From: Dehalococcoidia bacterium
Lineage (GTDB): Bacteria; Chloroflexota; Dehalococcoidia; UBA6926
Assembly: GCA_965219405.1 (NCBI GenBank)
Contig: OZ244736.1
Location: 211,129-275,128 of the forward strand
Direction of reading: 5' to 3'
Length of the DNA: 64,000 nucleotides
The notes under the pieces are model-generated. The model worked only from the letters and a program-made list of their open reading frames with translations, was not told the origin of the DNA and made no database searches. Shown here in pieces: positions 26,452 to 35,046 of the stretch. Numbering within the stretch: position 1 is the stretch's first letter; each line of letters opens with the position of its first letter. A program made the position numbers and the translations under genes.

Positions 26452-27504
26452 CTAGAACTGCTCGAGAAAATTCAAATCATTGGCATAGAAATGCCGTATG
26501 TCATCGATGCCGTGCCGCAGCATCGCTATCCGCTCCGGACCCATGCCGAATGCGAATCCCGTGTACTCATCCGGGTCGTAGCCGACTCGCCTCAGAACCT
26601 CGGGATGCACCATCCCGGCGCCCATGATCTCCAGCCAACCGGTCTGGCTGCAGACGCGGCAGCCGTCTCCCCGGCAGGCGAAGCAGTCAATAGCCATGTC
26701 CACACCCGGTTCCACGAACGGAAAAAAGTCGCAGCGGAAGCGGAAGCGGCGATCAGGACCGAACATGCGGCGCGCAAAGGCATACAACGTCCCTTTGAGA
26801 TCTGCGAACGTGATGCCGCGGTCGACGGCGAGGCCCTCAACCTGGAAGAAGACCGATTCATGGGAAGCGTCCGTCGCCTCGTGTCTGAACACTCGTCCCG
26901 GGACGAGCACACGAACGGGCGGCTCCTGCGCCTCCATGATGCGCACTTGCATAGGCGATGTATGCGTCCGCAACAACAGCGGCCGCTTGCCGTCATCATC
27001 CTCAATATCCAGCCATAGCGTGTCCCACTGATCACGGGCCGGGTGATCGGCCGGGATATTCAGTGCCTCAAAGTTGTAGTAGTCCCACTCCACCTCAGGA
27101 CCCTCGACGACACGAAATCCCATCGGTCTGAACGCGTCGATAATCTCCCGCAGAGTCTGCGTCGTGGGGTGCAGCCCCCCGGAAGGAACTCCTCGTCCGG
27201 GCAGCGTCACGTCAATGGCTTCTGCGGACAACCTCTGCGCCACGTTCGCGTGTTCCAGGACGGCGCGGCGTTCTTCATAGGCATTCTCGAGAGCAGAACG
27301 CACCCGATTGGCGAGTTGACCGGCCTCACGCCGATCCTCAATGGGAAGCGTTGGCAACTGCTCCAACAACTTTGGGAGACGACCCTGTCGCCGACCCTGC
27401 CACGTCACACGCCATTCTTCCAGCGCATCCCTGTCAGAGATGCGCTCAAGTTCAGCGAGCGCGCTGCTCTCAACGTCCGTAAGTTCGTCGGTGAGTGTGG
27501 ACAT
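26452..27504 (-). CDS. pheS: phenylalanine--tRNA ligase alpha subunit
   Basis: 350 aa. Class II motifs including 'FEALNIPADHPARDQWDTLW' and 'GAGMVHPEVL'. Confidence 0.95.
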   Translation of the reverse strand: MSTLTDELTDVESSALAELERISDRDALEEWRVTWQGRRQGRLPKLLEQLPTLPIEDRREAGQLANRVRSALENAYEERRAVLEHANVAQRLSAEAIDVTLPGRGVPSGGLHPTTQTLREIIDAFRPMGFRVVEGPEVEWDYYNFEALNIPADHPARDQWDTLWLDIEDDDGKRPLLLRTHTSPMQVRIMEAQEPPVRVLVPGRVFRHEATDASHESVFFQVEGLAVDRGITFADLKGTLYAFARRMFGPDRRFRFRCDFFPFVEPGVDMAIDCFACRGDGCRVCSQTGWLEIMGAGMVHPEVLRRVGYDPDEYTGFAFGMGPERIAMLRHGIDDIRHFYANDLNFLEQF

Positions 27505-27548
27505 ATTCCCCGCGCTGTTGTGACTGTCCGTACTCGGAAACTGGTATC

Positions 27549-27572
27549 AAAAACGCCCGTCCCGTGACGGAC
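27549..27572 (-). terminator. hairpin plus U-tract inside the predicted pheS leader (attenuator or upstream-gene terminator)
   Basis: Minus strand reads GTCCGTC-ACGG-GACGGGC (7 bp, one G-U) followed by GTTTTTGA. It lies between the predicted -10 box and the pheS ATG. Confidence 0.35.
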
Positions 27573-27582
27573 AACAGCAGAG

Positions 27583-27612
27583 ATTATACCGTCATACCTA
27601 TTGAGAGGTCAA
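27583..27612 (-). promoter_or_regulatory. sigma70-type promoter upstream of pheS
   Basis: Minus strand reads TTGACC (27612-27607), an 18-nt spacer, then TATAAT (27588-27583), about 80 nt upstream of ATG 27504. Confidence 0.45.
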
Positions 27613-27657
27613 TCTAATGAGGGTACCGTCGCGTATGCAGACTGTGCCAGGGGCGGC

Positions 27658-28176
27658 TCACGCCCCGTCCTCTTGGCCTCCCGTCGGCTGGACTGTGATG
27701 GAGGCGCGCAAATCCGTCATGCGTGCCTCTGTCCGAACGTAAATCTCGAACTCCTCCGGCGTCATTCCGGAGTGCCGGATGAGAGCCTTGAGCGCGCCAC
27801 GTTTGATCATCTCGGCGCCCGGCACGCCCGGCGCGGTAAGGACCGGGGGGCGCTCGTCTTCAAATTCGCTCTGGCTCCGGTCTCCAATGTCAACTTGAAC
27901 CTCGACCGTCTCGCATGTGAGCGGCAGATTATCATCCGCACGGGCGGCAAGAATTTCATACAACTCATCGCCGAGATAGTCGATTGAATCCGCCGGAGGG
28001 GCCATATCATCTTCTGCCCACGCAGAGAGCGACTGTTGAATCGCAGCCGTAATGGCATTAATGGATTCGTCCCGTGTGTCACCCTGCGCGACGCAGCCCG
28101 GCAGAGCCGGACAGTGCACTGAGTATCCACCCGCGGGTTCGGGCTCCAGGATGACGGTATAGGTCGCGATGGGCAT
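27658..28176 (-). CDS. HicB-domain protein with extended C-terminal region
   Basis: 172 aa. The N-terminus 'YTVILEPEPAGGYSVHCPALPGCVAQGDTRDESINAITAAIQ' is HicB/UPF0150-like. The C-terminus 'MIKRGALKALIRHSGMTPEEFEIYV' resembles the last strand and helix of HicA proteins. No partner gene is adjacent. Confidence 0.65.
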   Translation of the reverse strand: MPIATYTVILEPEPAGGYSVHCPALPGCVAQGDTRDESINAITAAIQQSLSAWAEDDMAPPADSIDYLGDELYEILAARADDNLPLTCETVEVQVDIGDRSQSEFEDERPPVLTAPGVPGAEMIKRGALKALIRHSGMTPEEFEIYVRTEARMTDLRASITVQPTGGQEDGA

Positions 28177-28252
28177 GACCAGTCAATTGTAGCCTGCCAA
28201 TTGAGACCGGATACTGCGCTTTTGTGCAAGCCGAGACGTTAATCTGTGGTGT

Positions 28253-29563
28253 ATGGAATCGAGGCCGAAAACGCCTGCGCCGCCCCGTTTGGGACGGCGC
28301 TTCTACTACGGGTGGGTAATTGTCGCGACGATGTTCATCGTCTCGGTCGCCCAAACAGCACAGTACAACCCTGCCATCAGCGTCTTCGTCAAGCCGATTA
28401 CTGAGGATTTTGGTTGGAGCCGCACAACCTTTTCAACCGCGATCGGCATTGGAGGAATCGTCGGAGCCGGTCTTGCATTATTCATCGGGCCGATCCTGGA
28501 CAGGCGCGGCCCGCGGATACCCACGCTGATAGCGTTCATGTTATTGGGTGGAGTTGTGATGTCGTTGAGCCAGATCTCGGAAATCTGGCAATTCTACGGG
28601 ATCATCATCACGAACCGCGCCCTGAACACAGGCTTTCTGTCCATTGTTGCCGGTGTGGTGGTGTCCAAGTGGTTTATTCGACGCCGAGGGCGCGCGATGT
28701 CTTTCTCCATTACGGGCATTCGCTTCGGGCAGGCGATCTTTCCGCCCTACGCGACTTTCTTCATCCTGCGGTCAGGCTGGCAGACTGCGGCAATCGCGCT
28801 TGGCGGACTGGTGTGGCTTATGACGCTGCTGCCGGTCGCGTTATTCCTGCGGCGGCAGCCGGAGGACATGGGGCTGCGGCCTGACGGTGACCCTCCCACG
28901 AATGAGGAGCAGGATGGCTTTGATTCACCGCAGTCATACGCCGCGAGTGAAGAAGTATCTTTCACACTGGCGCAGGCGTTGAGGACGCGTGCCTTCTACC
29001 TAATCCTGTTCGCTACGAGTGCGTTGGCGTTCAACATTGGCGGCATCAATTTCAATCTCTTTCCTTACATGACGGATCAGGGCATGTCAGAAGCGCAAGC
29101 CGCGATGATTCTGGCGGTGTGGTCGCTGATTGGCGCCACAGGTTCGTTGATTGTGGGATTTGTAGCTGAAAAAATGCACGTGCGGTTTGTAATGGCGCTG
29201 GCATTCTCATTCGCGACTGCTGGCGTCGGGCTGCTCGTCATTACGGATGATGTGCCGACTGCGCTGGTGTTCTCACTCGTACATGGCTTGTCATTCGGGT
29301 CGCTGCCGATGCTGATGAACCTGGTGTGGGCGGATTACTATGGCAGGCGGCATCAAGGGGCGATTCGCGGTTTCACCACCCCGTTCCAGGTCATCGTGCA
29401 GGCGGGAGGCCCTGTTATCGGCACGCTCTCCTACGACCTAATCGATACGTACGTGCCTGCGTTCATCCTCTTCGCTGTGCTGTATCTCCTCAGCGCCCTC
29501 GCGATGCTCCTGGCCAAGCCCGTCTCGCTTTCAAATGTGCTGGCACGCCGGAGAGCGCGGTGA
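28253..29563 (+). CDS. MFS transporter
   Basis: 436 aa with ~12 TM segments. The N-terminus 'RRFYYGWVIVATMFIV' is paralogous to the ORF at 52231. Confidence 0.85.
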   Translation: MESRPKTPAPPRLGRRFYYGWVIVATMFIVSVAQTAQYNPAISVFVKPITEDFGWSRTTFSTAIGIGGIVGAGLALFIGPILDRRGPRIPTLIAFMLLGGVVMSLSQISEIWQFYGIIITNRALNTGFLSIVAGVVVSKWFIRRRGRAMSFSITGIRFGQAIFPPYATFFILRSGWQTAAIALGGLVWLMTLLPVALFLRRQPEDMGLRPDGDPPTNEEQDGFDSPQSYAASEEVSFTLAQALRTRAFYLILFATSALAFNIGGINFNLFPYMTDQGMSEAQAAMILAVWSLIGATGSLIVGFVAEKMHVRFVMALAFSFATAGVGLLVITDDVPTALVFSLVHGLSFGSLPMLMNLVWADYYGRRHQGAIRGFTTPFQVIVQAGGPVIGTLSYDLIDTYVPAFILFAVLYLLSALAMLLAKPVSLSNVLARRRAR

Positions 29564-29679
29564 GAGCAACACGCCTTGCCGCTTGCTTAGGAATAGCCCG
29601 CAATCCTACTCTTGAAGCAATCACAGACATGTCGGAGCGGCCTGGCGCGTTCCGGCCAATCAAATAAAGAGTCGGAGAG

Positions 29680-32268
29680 ATGACGACAAACGAAAATGAA
29701 CGGTTCACCCTTCTTCCCCGGTCCGTGAGGCCGTCACACTACAAGCTGGAACTCACGCCGGACCTGGAAAACGCTGCATTTACGGGTTCAGTGGCTATTG
29801 ATGTTCTTGTGACGGAAATCACGAACTTGGTTGTCTTAAACGCCATTGAGCTGGAATTGGGCTCTGCAACGTTCACACCGCGTGGTGGCGAGGCCTCCGC
29901 ATCGACGGGGATCACGTACGACGAGGAACCTGAGACTGCCACGATCAGTTTTGGCGAGCCGCTGCCCGTCGGAACGGGGACGCTTGAGATTTCGTTCACA
30001 GGGATCCTGAACGATCAGCTGCACGGGTTTTACCTGAGTTCGTTCCGTGACAAGGACGGGATTGAGCGGCGGATGGCGGCGACCCAGTTCGAAGCATCGG
30101 ACGCGCGGCGGTGCTTCCCCTGCTGGGACGAGCCTGCGGTCAAGGCCACGTTCCAGGTCGACTTGATCATCCCCGAAGGGTTCTCTGCGATCTCCAACAC
30201 GCTGGAGTCTGCGCCGGAGCCGGAGGACGGGGGTAGGCAGCGGGTCAGCTTCCCCACAACGCCAATCATGTCCACGTACCTGCTCGCGTTCATCGTGGGT
30301 GAAATGGAGTCCATCGAGGCGCGGTCGGCCAATGGAACGCTGACGCGGGTGTGGGCGACGGTGGGACAGGCGGAGCTGGGGCGGTTCGCATTGGAAACGT
30401 CGGTGCGGCTGCTGGACTACTACAACGACTATTTCGGCGTGGCGTACCCGCTGGAGAAGCTGGACCACATCGCGCTGGCGGACTTCGCAGCCGGGGCGAT
30501 GGAGAACTGGGGAGCGGTGACGTACCGCGAGGTGGCGCTGCTGTTCGATCCGGCGAGTTCATCGCCCGGCACACGGCAGCGCATTGTTGAGATCATCGCC
30601 CATGAGATGGCGCACATGTGGTTCGGCGATCTCGTGACGATGGCGTGGTGGAACGACCTGTGGCTCAACGAGAGTTTCGCGTCATGGATGGGGGCCAAGG
30701 CGACAGACACGCTGTACCCGGACTGGGCCATCTGGACGCAGTTCATCGCCACGGACGTCGCGCCGGGCATGAGCCTGGACGGGCTGGAGAACTCCCATCC
30801 AATCGAGTCCGAGGTGCGGAATCCCAACGAGGTCAGCCAACTCTTCGACGCCATCAGCTACGAAAAGGGCGCTTCTATTCTCCGCATGTTGGAGCAACAC
30901 ATCGGCCCGGACGCCTTCCGCAGCGGCCTGAACAGCTATATGCGGGCATACGCGTACTCCAACGCGGAGGGGGCGGATCTATGGCGAGCGATGGCGGATG
31001 CGTCCGGGCAGGATATCCCGGGGATGATGGACTCCTGGATCAAGCAGGTTGGGTATCCGGTGGTGTCTTCGGAGACCACGCGCGGCGACTCCGGCGCGAC
31101 CATCTCCCTAACACAGCGGCGTTTTCTCTATTCCGGGCCGACCGACGACGAAACACTGTGGCACGTGCCCGTCCGCATCACGACGCAGGGGAGTGAAGAC
31201 GAGGCGAGGATGTTGTTCACCGGCCGAACTGAATCCATCGAGGTTCCGTCGGCATCGGCGGACGGGTGGATCAAGGTCAACGCCGGTGGGGCAGGATTCT
31301 ATCGCGTCGGCTACCAACAGGATGAGCTTGACCGACTGATTGCCGCGGTGCGGACACGCGAACTGAGCGCGTCGGATCGCCTGACTCTGCTGGAGGACAC
31401 CTACGCCCTTGCGCGCGCCCGCCACATTCCTGCTCGCAACTACCTCGAATTGGCGCAGGCATATGCGGACGACGAGGACTACAGCATCTGGGCGGCGATG
31501 GCGTCTCAGCTCGGAGCTATCGAGGCGCTATCCCGCAATGAGCCGTATCTGGAACGCTACCAGGAGTTCGCCCGAGGGCTGACGCAGACCGTCGCCGGCA
31601 AGATCGGCTGGGAACAGCCGGAGAATGAGGCGCATCTGCGAACGCTATTGCGGGCGGTGGCGATGAGCGCGGCAGGCGGCTTCGGCGATGAGGCCGTGTT
31701 GTCCGAAGCCGCAGCGCGATTCGCGCGTTTCCTTGAAGATGAGTCATCGCTGCGGCCCGACCTGCGCGCAGTCGTCTACAACCTGACCGCCGAGCAGGGC
31801 GACGACGAGATGTTCGAGACCATGAAGCGCCTGGAGGGGGAATTCGATCTGCAGGAGGAAAAGGTCCGTATGCAGATGGCGCTCACTCAGTTCAGCCAGC
31901 CGGAACTCCTCCAGAGGGCGCTCGAGATGTCGGTCGACCAGGATCAGATTCGCGTGCAGGACGCGCCGCGCATCCTGATGGGGGTGGGCGGCAACCTCCG
32001 AGGCCTGAACCTGACGTGGGAATTCATGAAGAACAATTGGCCGGAGATCGAACGCCGCTATGCAGGCGGGGGGTTCGCAATCATGCGGCTGGTTTCCATC
32101 ACGGGCGGATTCGCGACGGAGGAGGCAGCGCAGGAGGTGCGCTCATTCTTCGAGGAGCATCCGACGCTGTCCGCGACGCGGGCGATCCAGCAGTCGCTGG
32201 AGCGAATAGAGCTCAACCGGCTGTGGCTGGAGCGGAATCGGGGCGAGCTGGCGGCGTGGCTTAGGTAG
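29680..32268 (+). CDS. pepN: M1-family zinc aminopeptidase (aminopeptidase N-like)
   Basis: 862 aa. Exopeptidase motif 'GAMENWG' and zinc site 'HEMAHMWFGDLVTMAWWNDLWLNESFA'. Confidence 0.9.
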   Translation: MTTNENERFTLLPRSVRPSHYKLELTPDLENAAFTGSVAIDVLVTEITNLVVLNAIELELGSATFTPRGGEASASTGITYDEEPETATISFGEPLPVGTGTLEISFTGILNDQLHGFYLSSFRDKDGIERRMAATQFEASDARRCFPCWDEPAVKATFQVDLIIPEGFSAISNTLESAPEPEDGGRQRVSFPTTPIMSTYLLAFIVGEMESIEARSANGTLTRVWATVGQAELGRFALETSVRLLDYYNDYFGVAYPLEKLDHIALADFAAGAMENWGAVTYREVALLFDPASSSPGTRQRIVEIIAHEMAHMWFGDLVTMAWWNDLWLNESFASWMGAKATDTLYPDWAIWTQFIATDVAPGMSLDGLENSHPIESEVRNPNEVSQLFDAISYEKGASILRMLEQHIGPDAFRSGLNSYMRAYAYSNAEGADLWRAMADASGQDIPGMMDSWIKQVGYPVVSSETTRGDSGATISLTQRRFLYSGPTDDETLWHVPVRITTQGSEDEARMLFTGRTESIEVPSASADGWIKVNAGGAGFYRVGYQQDELDRLIAAVRTRELSASDRLTLLEDTYALARARHIPARNYLELAQAYADDEDYSIWAAMASQLGAIEALSRNEPYLERYQEFARGLTQTVAGKIGWEQPENEAHLRTLLRAVAMSAAGGFGDEAVLSEAAARFARFLEDESSLRPDLRAVVYNLTAEQGDDEMFETMKRLEGEFDLQEEKVRMQMALTQFSQPELLQRALEMSVDQDQIRVQDAPRILMGVGGNLRGLNLTWEFMKNNWPEIERRYAGGGFAIMRLVSITGGFATEEAAQEVRSFFEEHPTLSATRAIQQSLERIELNRLWLERNRGELAAWLR

Positions 32269-32302
32269 GAACGAAGGGGACTTACATCGAATCGTTGACA
32301 GG
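32269..32302. repeat. left end of insertion: direct repeat GAACGAAG (32269-32276) plus TIR-L GGGACTTACATCGAATCGTTGACAGG (32277-32302)
   Basis: Read directly. TIR-L is the reverse complement of 33803-33828 at 25/26 positions, with 22 consecutive matches. Confidence 0.9.
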
Positions 32303-32320
32303 GGAGACGTGGACGGTCGT

Positions 32321-32983
32321 TTAGTCCAGTTTGGCGCACGCACGTCTGTAGGCCTCCATGTCTCCGGCGTCGCGGCGCGAGACATAAACAGTCTTCACTT
32401 TGTCAGGGGGCACGTAATATCCGCTTGAGGTCAAAAAACTGGATACACGCCAGACAGCATCTTCTGGGCGAGCGCAACATACTGCGACTTGCACTGAATC
32501 TTCAGCAATATTGTAGACGAGGCTATGGCTTCTCTCACTCATCGGGCGCCACTTGGGACGGGGAGTAGGTTTCGGGGTGGCAAATGGCGAGACTTCGACC
32601 ATCACACTTGCCACGTTACGACTTACAACGTTCTTGACACTTGTAGGCACCTGTTGAATCTCGTCGATGTTTGACGGGAACTCGCCATCATGTTCGCTCT
32701 CGTAAGCGGCGACTGCCCCGCCGGTCAACGCCATAAAAACTCCGACTGAGACCATCGCTCGCATCTTGTGTCGATTCAACACCGAGAAGATAAAAACACC
32801 AAGACTCAGAATAAAGGGGACAAGTGGCAGAAGCCAATAAATCGACGTGGGATTGGATTCCAGTTGCTCGAAAATGGGTACCTCCCCGAGGCGATTGGAC
32901 TCAGCTATTTGAAGTCTCGGCCGAGTGATGGTGACGTAGCTATATGTGTTGACAGTGGGATACACTGTATATACAATGCCCAA
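32321..32983 (-). CDS. hypothetical membrane protein (cargo of the insertion)
   Basis: 220-aa ORF. Two hydrophobic helices ('IYWLLPLVPFILSLGVFIFSVL', 'MVSVGVFMALTGGAVAAY') followed by a soluble C-terminal region. No recognisable domain. Confidence 0.45.
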   Translation of the reverse strand: MGIVYTVYPTVNTYSYVTITRPRLQIAESNRLGEVPIFEQLESNPTSIYWLLPLVPFILSLGVFIFSVLNRHKMRAMVSVGVFMALTGGAVAAYESEHDGEFPSNIDEIQQVPTSVKNVVSRNVASVMVEVSPFATPKPTPRPKWRPMSERSHSLVYNIAEDSVQVAVCCARPEDAVWRVSSFLTSSGYYVPPDKVKTVYVSRRDAGDMEAYRRACAKLD

Positions 32984-33025
32984 TTGCTATGACTTTTCAT
33001 GGTGGGCAAGGAAAGGGAGTGGGCT

Positions 33026-33319
33026 ATGGCTTCGTCGATAATTGATGAGGAACATCTGAAAATTATCGGAGACCCAAAACAAGCTGTGAAAGAACTGGCG
33101 GAGTTTAGTGAGACGGCTAAACTGCTTTCTCGTGCTGACATTTGCAATCAATACAGGGGACAATGGGTCGCATTGTATGAAAGTAGTGTCCGTGCTCACG
33201 CTGAGACCCTAGAGGACATCTTGAGACAAGTTGACGAGCAGGGATTGCCGCGTGGTCAAACACTAGTACATTTCATCGACGATGGCACTCGTACTCTGAT
33301 TCTGAATGCTTCGGGGTAG
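33026..33319 (+). CDS. small protein, DUF5678-like (cargo of the insertion)
   Basis: ORF 32999..33319. The second ATG (33026) is preceded by AAGGAAAGGGAG. 'QYRGQWVALYESSVRAHAETLEDILRQV' resembles the (Y/F)xGxWVA core of DUF5678-type proteins (recognition from memory, low certainty). It overlaps the next gene by 14 nt. Confidence 0.55.
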   Translation: MASSIIDEEHLKIIGDPKQAVKELAEFSETAKLLSRADICNQYRGQWVALYESSVRAHAETLEDILRQVDEQGLPRGQTLVHFIDDGTRTLILNASG

Positions 33320-33755
33320 TTTTGATGCCGACGGGCGTCCCTATGTTAGCGGAATGTTGCTCATCCCTCGTCTGCGGTTACGTGCTAGATTGTCGTTTCT
33401 AGTCGATACTGGTGCGGATACCACCCTCTTGATGCCGTCGGATGCACGGAGCATGGGCATTGACTATCAGCTCCTTGGAGGGATACATGAATCAACAGGA
33501 ATCGGCGGAACAGCAAAAATCTACAAGGAGCCTGCGATAGTTGCTTTCGTGGACGGTCATTCTCTATTGACCTATGCCATCAACTTGGCTATTTTGCCGG
33601 ATAAATCCGTCAATCTGCCCTCGTTGTTGGGACGCGACATACTCAGACATTGGACAATGCTCCACTCGCCAAAGACGGGGGAGCTTCATTTTGAGGCACA
33701 ACAGAGAAATCCTCTCGCCCGTTGGCTGGGTCGGACGTGGCTCGGTCGTCACTAA
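33306..33755 (+). CDS. retropepsin-like (clan AA) aspartic protease
   Basis: 149 aa. Catalytic 'FLVDTGADTTLL' (D-T-G-A) and the downstream 'SLLGRDIL' motif typical of single-domain retropepsin-like proteases. Confidence 0.7.
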   Translation: MLRGSFDADGRPYVSGMLLIPRLRLRARLSFLVDTGADTTLLMPSDARSMGIDYQLLGGIHESTGIGGTAKIYKEPAIVAFVDGHSLLTYAINLAILPDKSVNLPSLLGRDILRHWTMLHSPKTGELHFEAQQRNPLARWLGRTWLGRH

Positions 33756-33802
33756 GCTAATCCGCATTGAGATTGAATCAATCCCAACCTCGCCACTACC
33801 TG

Positions 33803-33836
33803 CCTGTCAACGATTCGATGTAAGTCTCGAACGAAG
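33803..33836. repeat. right end of insertion: TIR-R CCTGTCAACGATTCGATGTAAGTCTC (33803-33828) plus direct repeat GAACGAAG (33829-33836)
   Basis: Read directly. See the left end. Confidence 0.9.
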
Positions 33837-33837
33837 C

Positions 33838-35010
33838 TTATCGCCGCAGGGGTTGGCGTTGGCGGTATGTTCCTGTGCGCCACGCCCATTCCATGGGGCC
33901 GAAGCGGAATCGACTGAGCCATACGGGCGACCACCAGAGTTGCAGCGCCCAGACGGCGAGCACGAAGAGCAAGACTCCCGCGCGGCCAATCTCCACGTCT
34001 GCCAGGAGATGGGTCAGGATCAGAACGCCTAGCACGGTCTGCGCGAGGTAGTTGGTCAGCGCCATACGCCCAACGGCAATGAAGCGCTCCTTAAGCCATG
34101 CCAGCCCTCTTGTTCGCTGCCAGAGGATGATCAGGCCCATGTACCCGAGCGAGGCGGGAATGGTGCCGAGGGTATTCGGAATCTCGCCGATGAACGCAAC
34201 ATCGCGGCCGTAGTCGGCCGCGTGCGTTATCACGACACCGATTGTTGCGAGCGTAAGGCCAATGGCAAGCCCACCGATTGCCATTCTCTGATAGAAACGG
34301 TCAGAAAGCGCGCCCTGCATGAACCCGGTCTTGTAGAGCCCGGCGCCAACGAGTATCAGTCCGAGCGCGCGCATCAAGTAGCCTAGCGCGAGCACACCGG
34401 ACAGGGCCTCATAGTCCGTGCCGGACGGCATCGATCCGTCGTCGGGCAGAAGCCATATGCCGTCCAACGGCACATCCGTTGTGCTGACCCAGTTCTGAAG
34501 AGCAAATGAGGGGATCACGGATGCGAGGAAGATAAGGACGCCTAATACGATCATTGCGCGCGAGGGTAATCGCCTCAGTAGCAGCAGGACAAATGCCGAA
34601 ATCGCATAGGCTGTCAGGACGTCCCCCTCCCACACGGCCATATGGATGAGTCCCATGATGAGCAGCAGGATATTGCGCCACGCGTTCAGGAGGGTCGGAC
34701 GCTTCTCACGCCGGGCAGCGCGTTCGATGAACAGGAAGATGCCCGCGCCAAATAACAGGGAGAAGATGCCCATGAACTTCTGGTCGACCAGGATTTCGCC
34801 CAAAATGGCGATTGCCCAGTCAAGCCCCGTGTCAGACCCGGCGACGCTGATGTTTCGATAGGGAACCATGCCGTAAGCGAAGGAAACGGCATTCATCAGC
34901 AGGATGCCGAGCATGGCTACGCCACGTATCAGATCAAGGCTGAGAATCCTGTCCGACTCTGCAACCGGCCCGCGCGCCGGAGCGTCCGGGGCTGCGGCCT
35001 GTCCGTTCAT
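33838..35010 (-). CDS. DUF418/YeiB-like polytopic membrane protein
   Basis: 390 aa with many TM segments. 'RILSLDLIRGVAMLGILLMN' and the C-terminal 'GPMEWAWR' are typical of the YeiB/DUF418 family. Confidence 0.75.
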   Translation of the reverse strand: MNGQAAAPDAPARGPVAESDRILSLDLIRGVAMLGILLMNAVSFAYGMVPYRNISVAGSDTGLDWAIAILGEILVDQKFMGIFSLLFGAGIFLFIERAARREKRPTLLNAWRNILLLIMGLIHMAVWEGDVLTAYAISAFVLLLLRRLPSRAMIVLGVLIFLASVIPSFALQNWVSTTDVPLDGIWLLPDDGSMPSGTDYEALSGVLALGYLMRALGLILVGAGLYKTGFMQGALSDRFYQRMAIGGLAIGLTLATIGVVITHAADYGRDVAFIGEIPNTLGTIPASLGYMGLIILWQRTRGLAWLKERFIAVGRMALTNYLAQTVLGVLILTHLLADVEIGRAGVLLFVLAVWALQLWWSPVWLSRFRFGPMEWAWRTGTYRQRQPLRR

Positions 35011-35046
35011 ATCGACAAGCGTAGTGCCGACAGGACGAACGGGCCG

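Larger units (their letters stand above)
32277..33828. mobile_element. transposase-less IS-like insertion (mobile-insertion-cassette-like) carrying three ORFs
   Basis: 26-bp terminal inverted repeats, flanked on the outside by a perfect 8-bp direct repeat. It is inserted between two convergent stop codons. G+C is lower than in the flanks. No ORF shows transposase or recombinase motifs. Confidence 0.8.

Noticed and set aside
27613-27632. The plus-strand sequence AATGAGGGTACCGTCGCG resembles the T-box core AANNNGGGTGGNACCGCG, upstream of pheS.
   Set aside because: It is on the strand opposite pheS, lies upstream of the predicted promoter, lacks the GGTGG core, and the leader is far too short for a T-box riboswitch.
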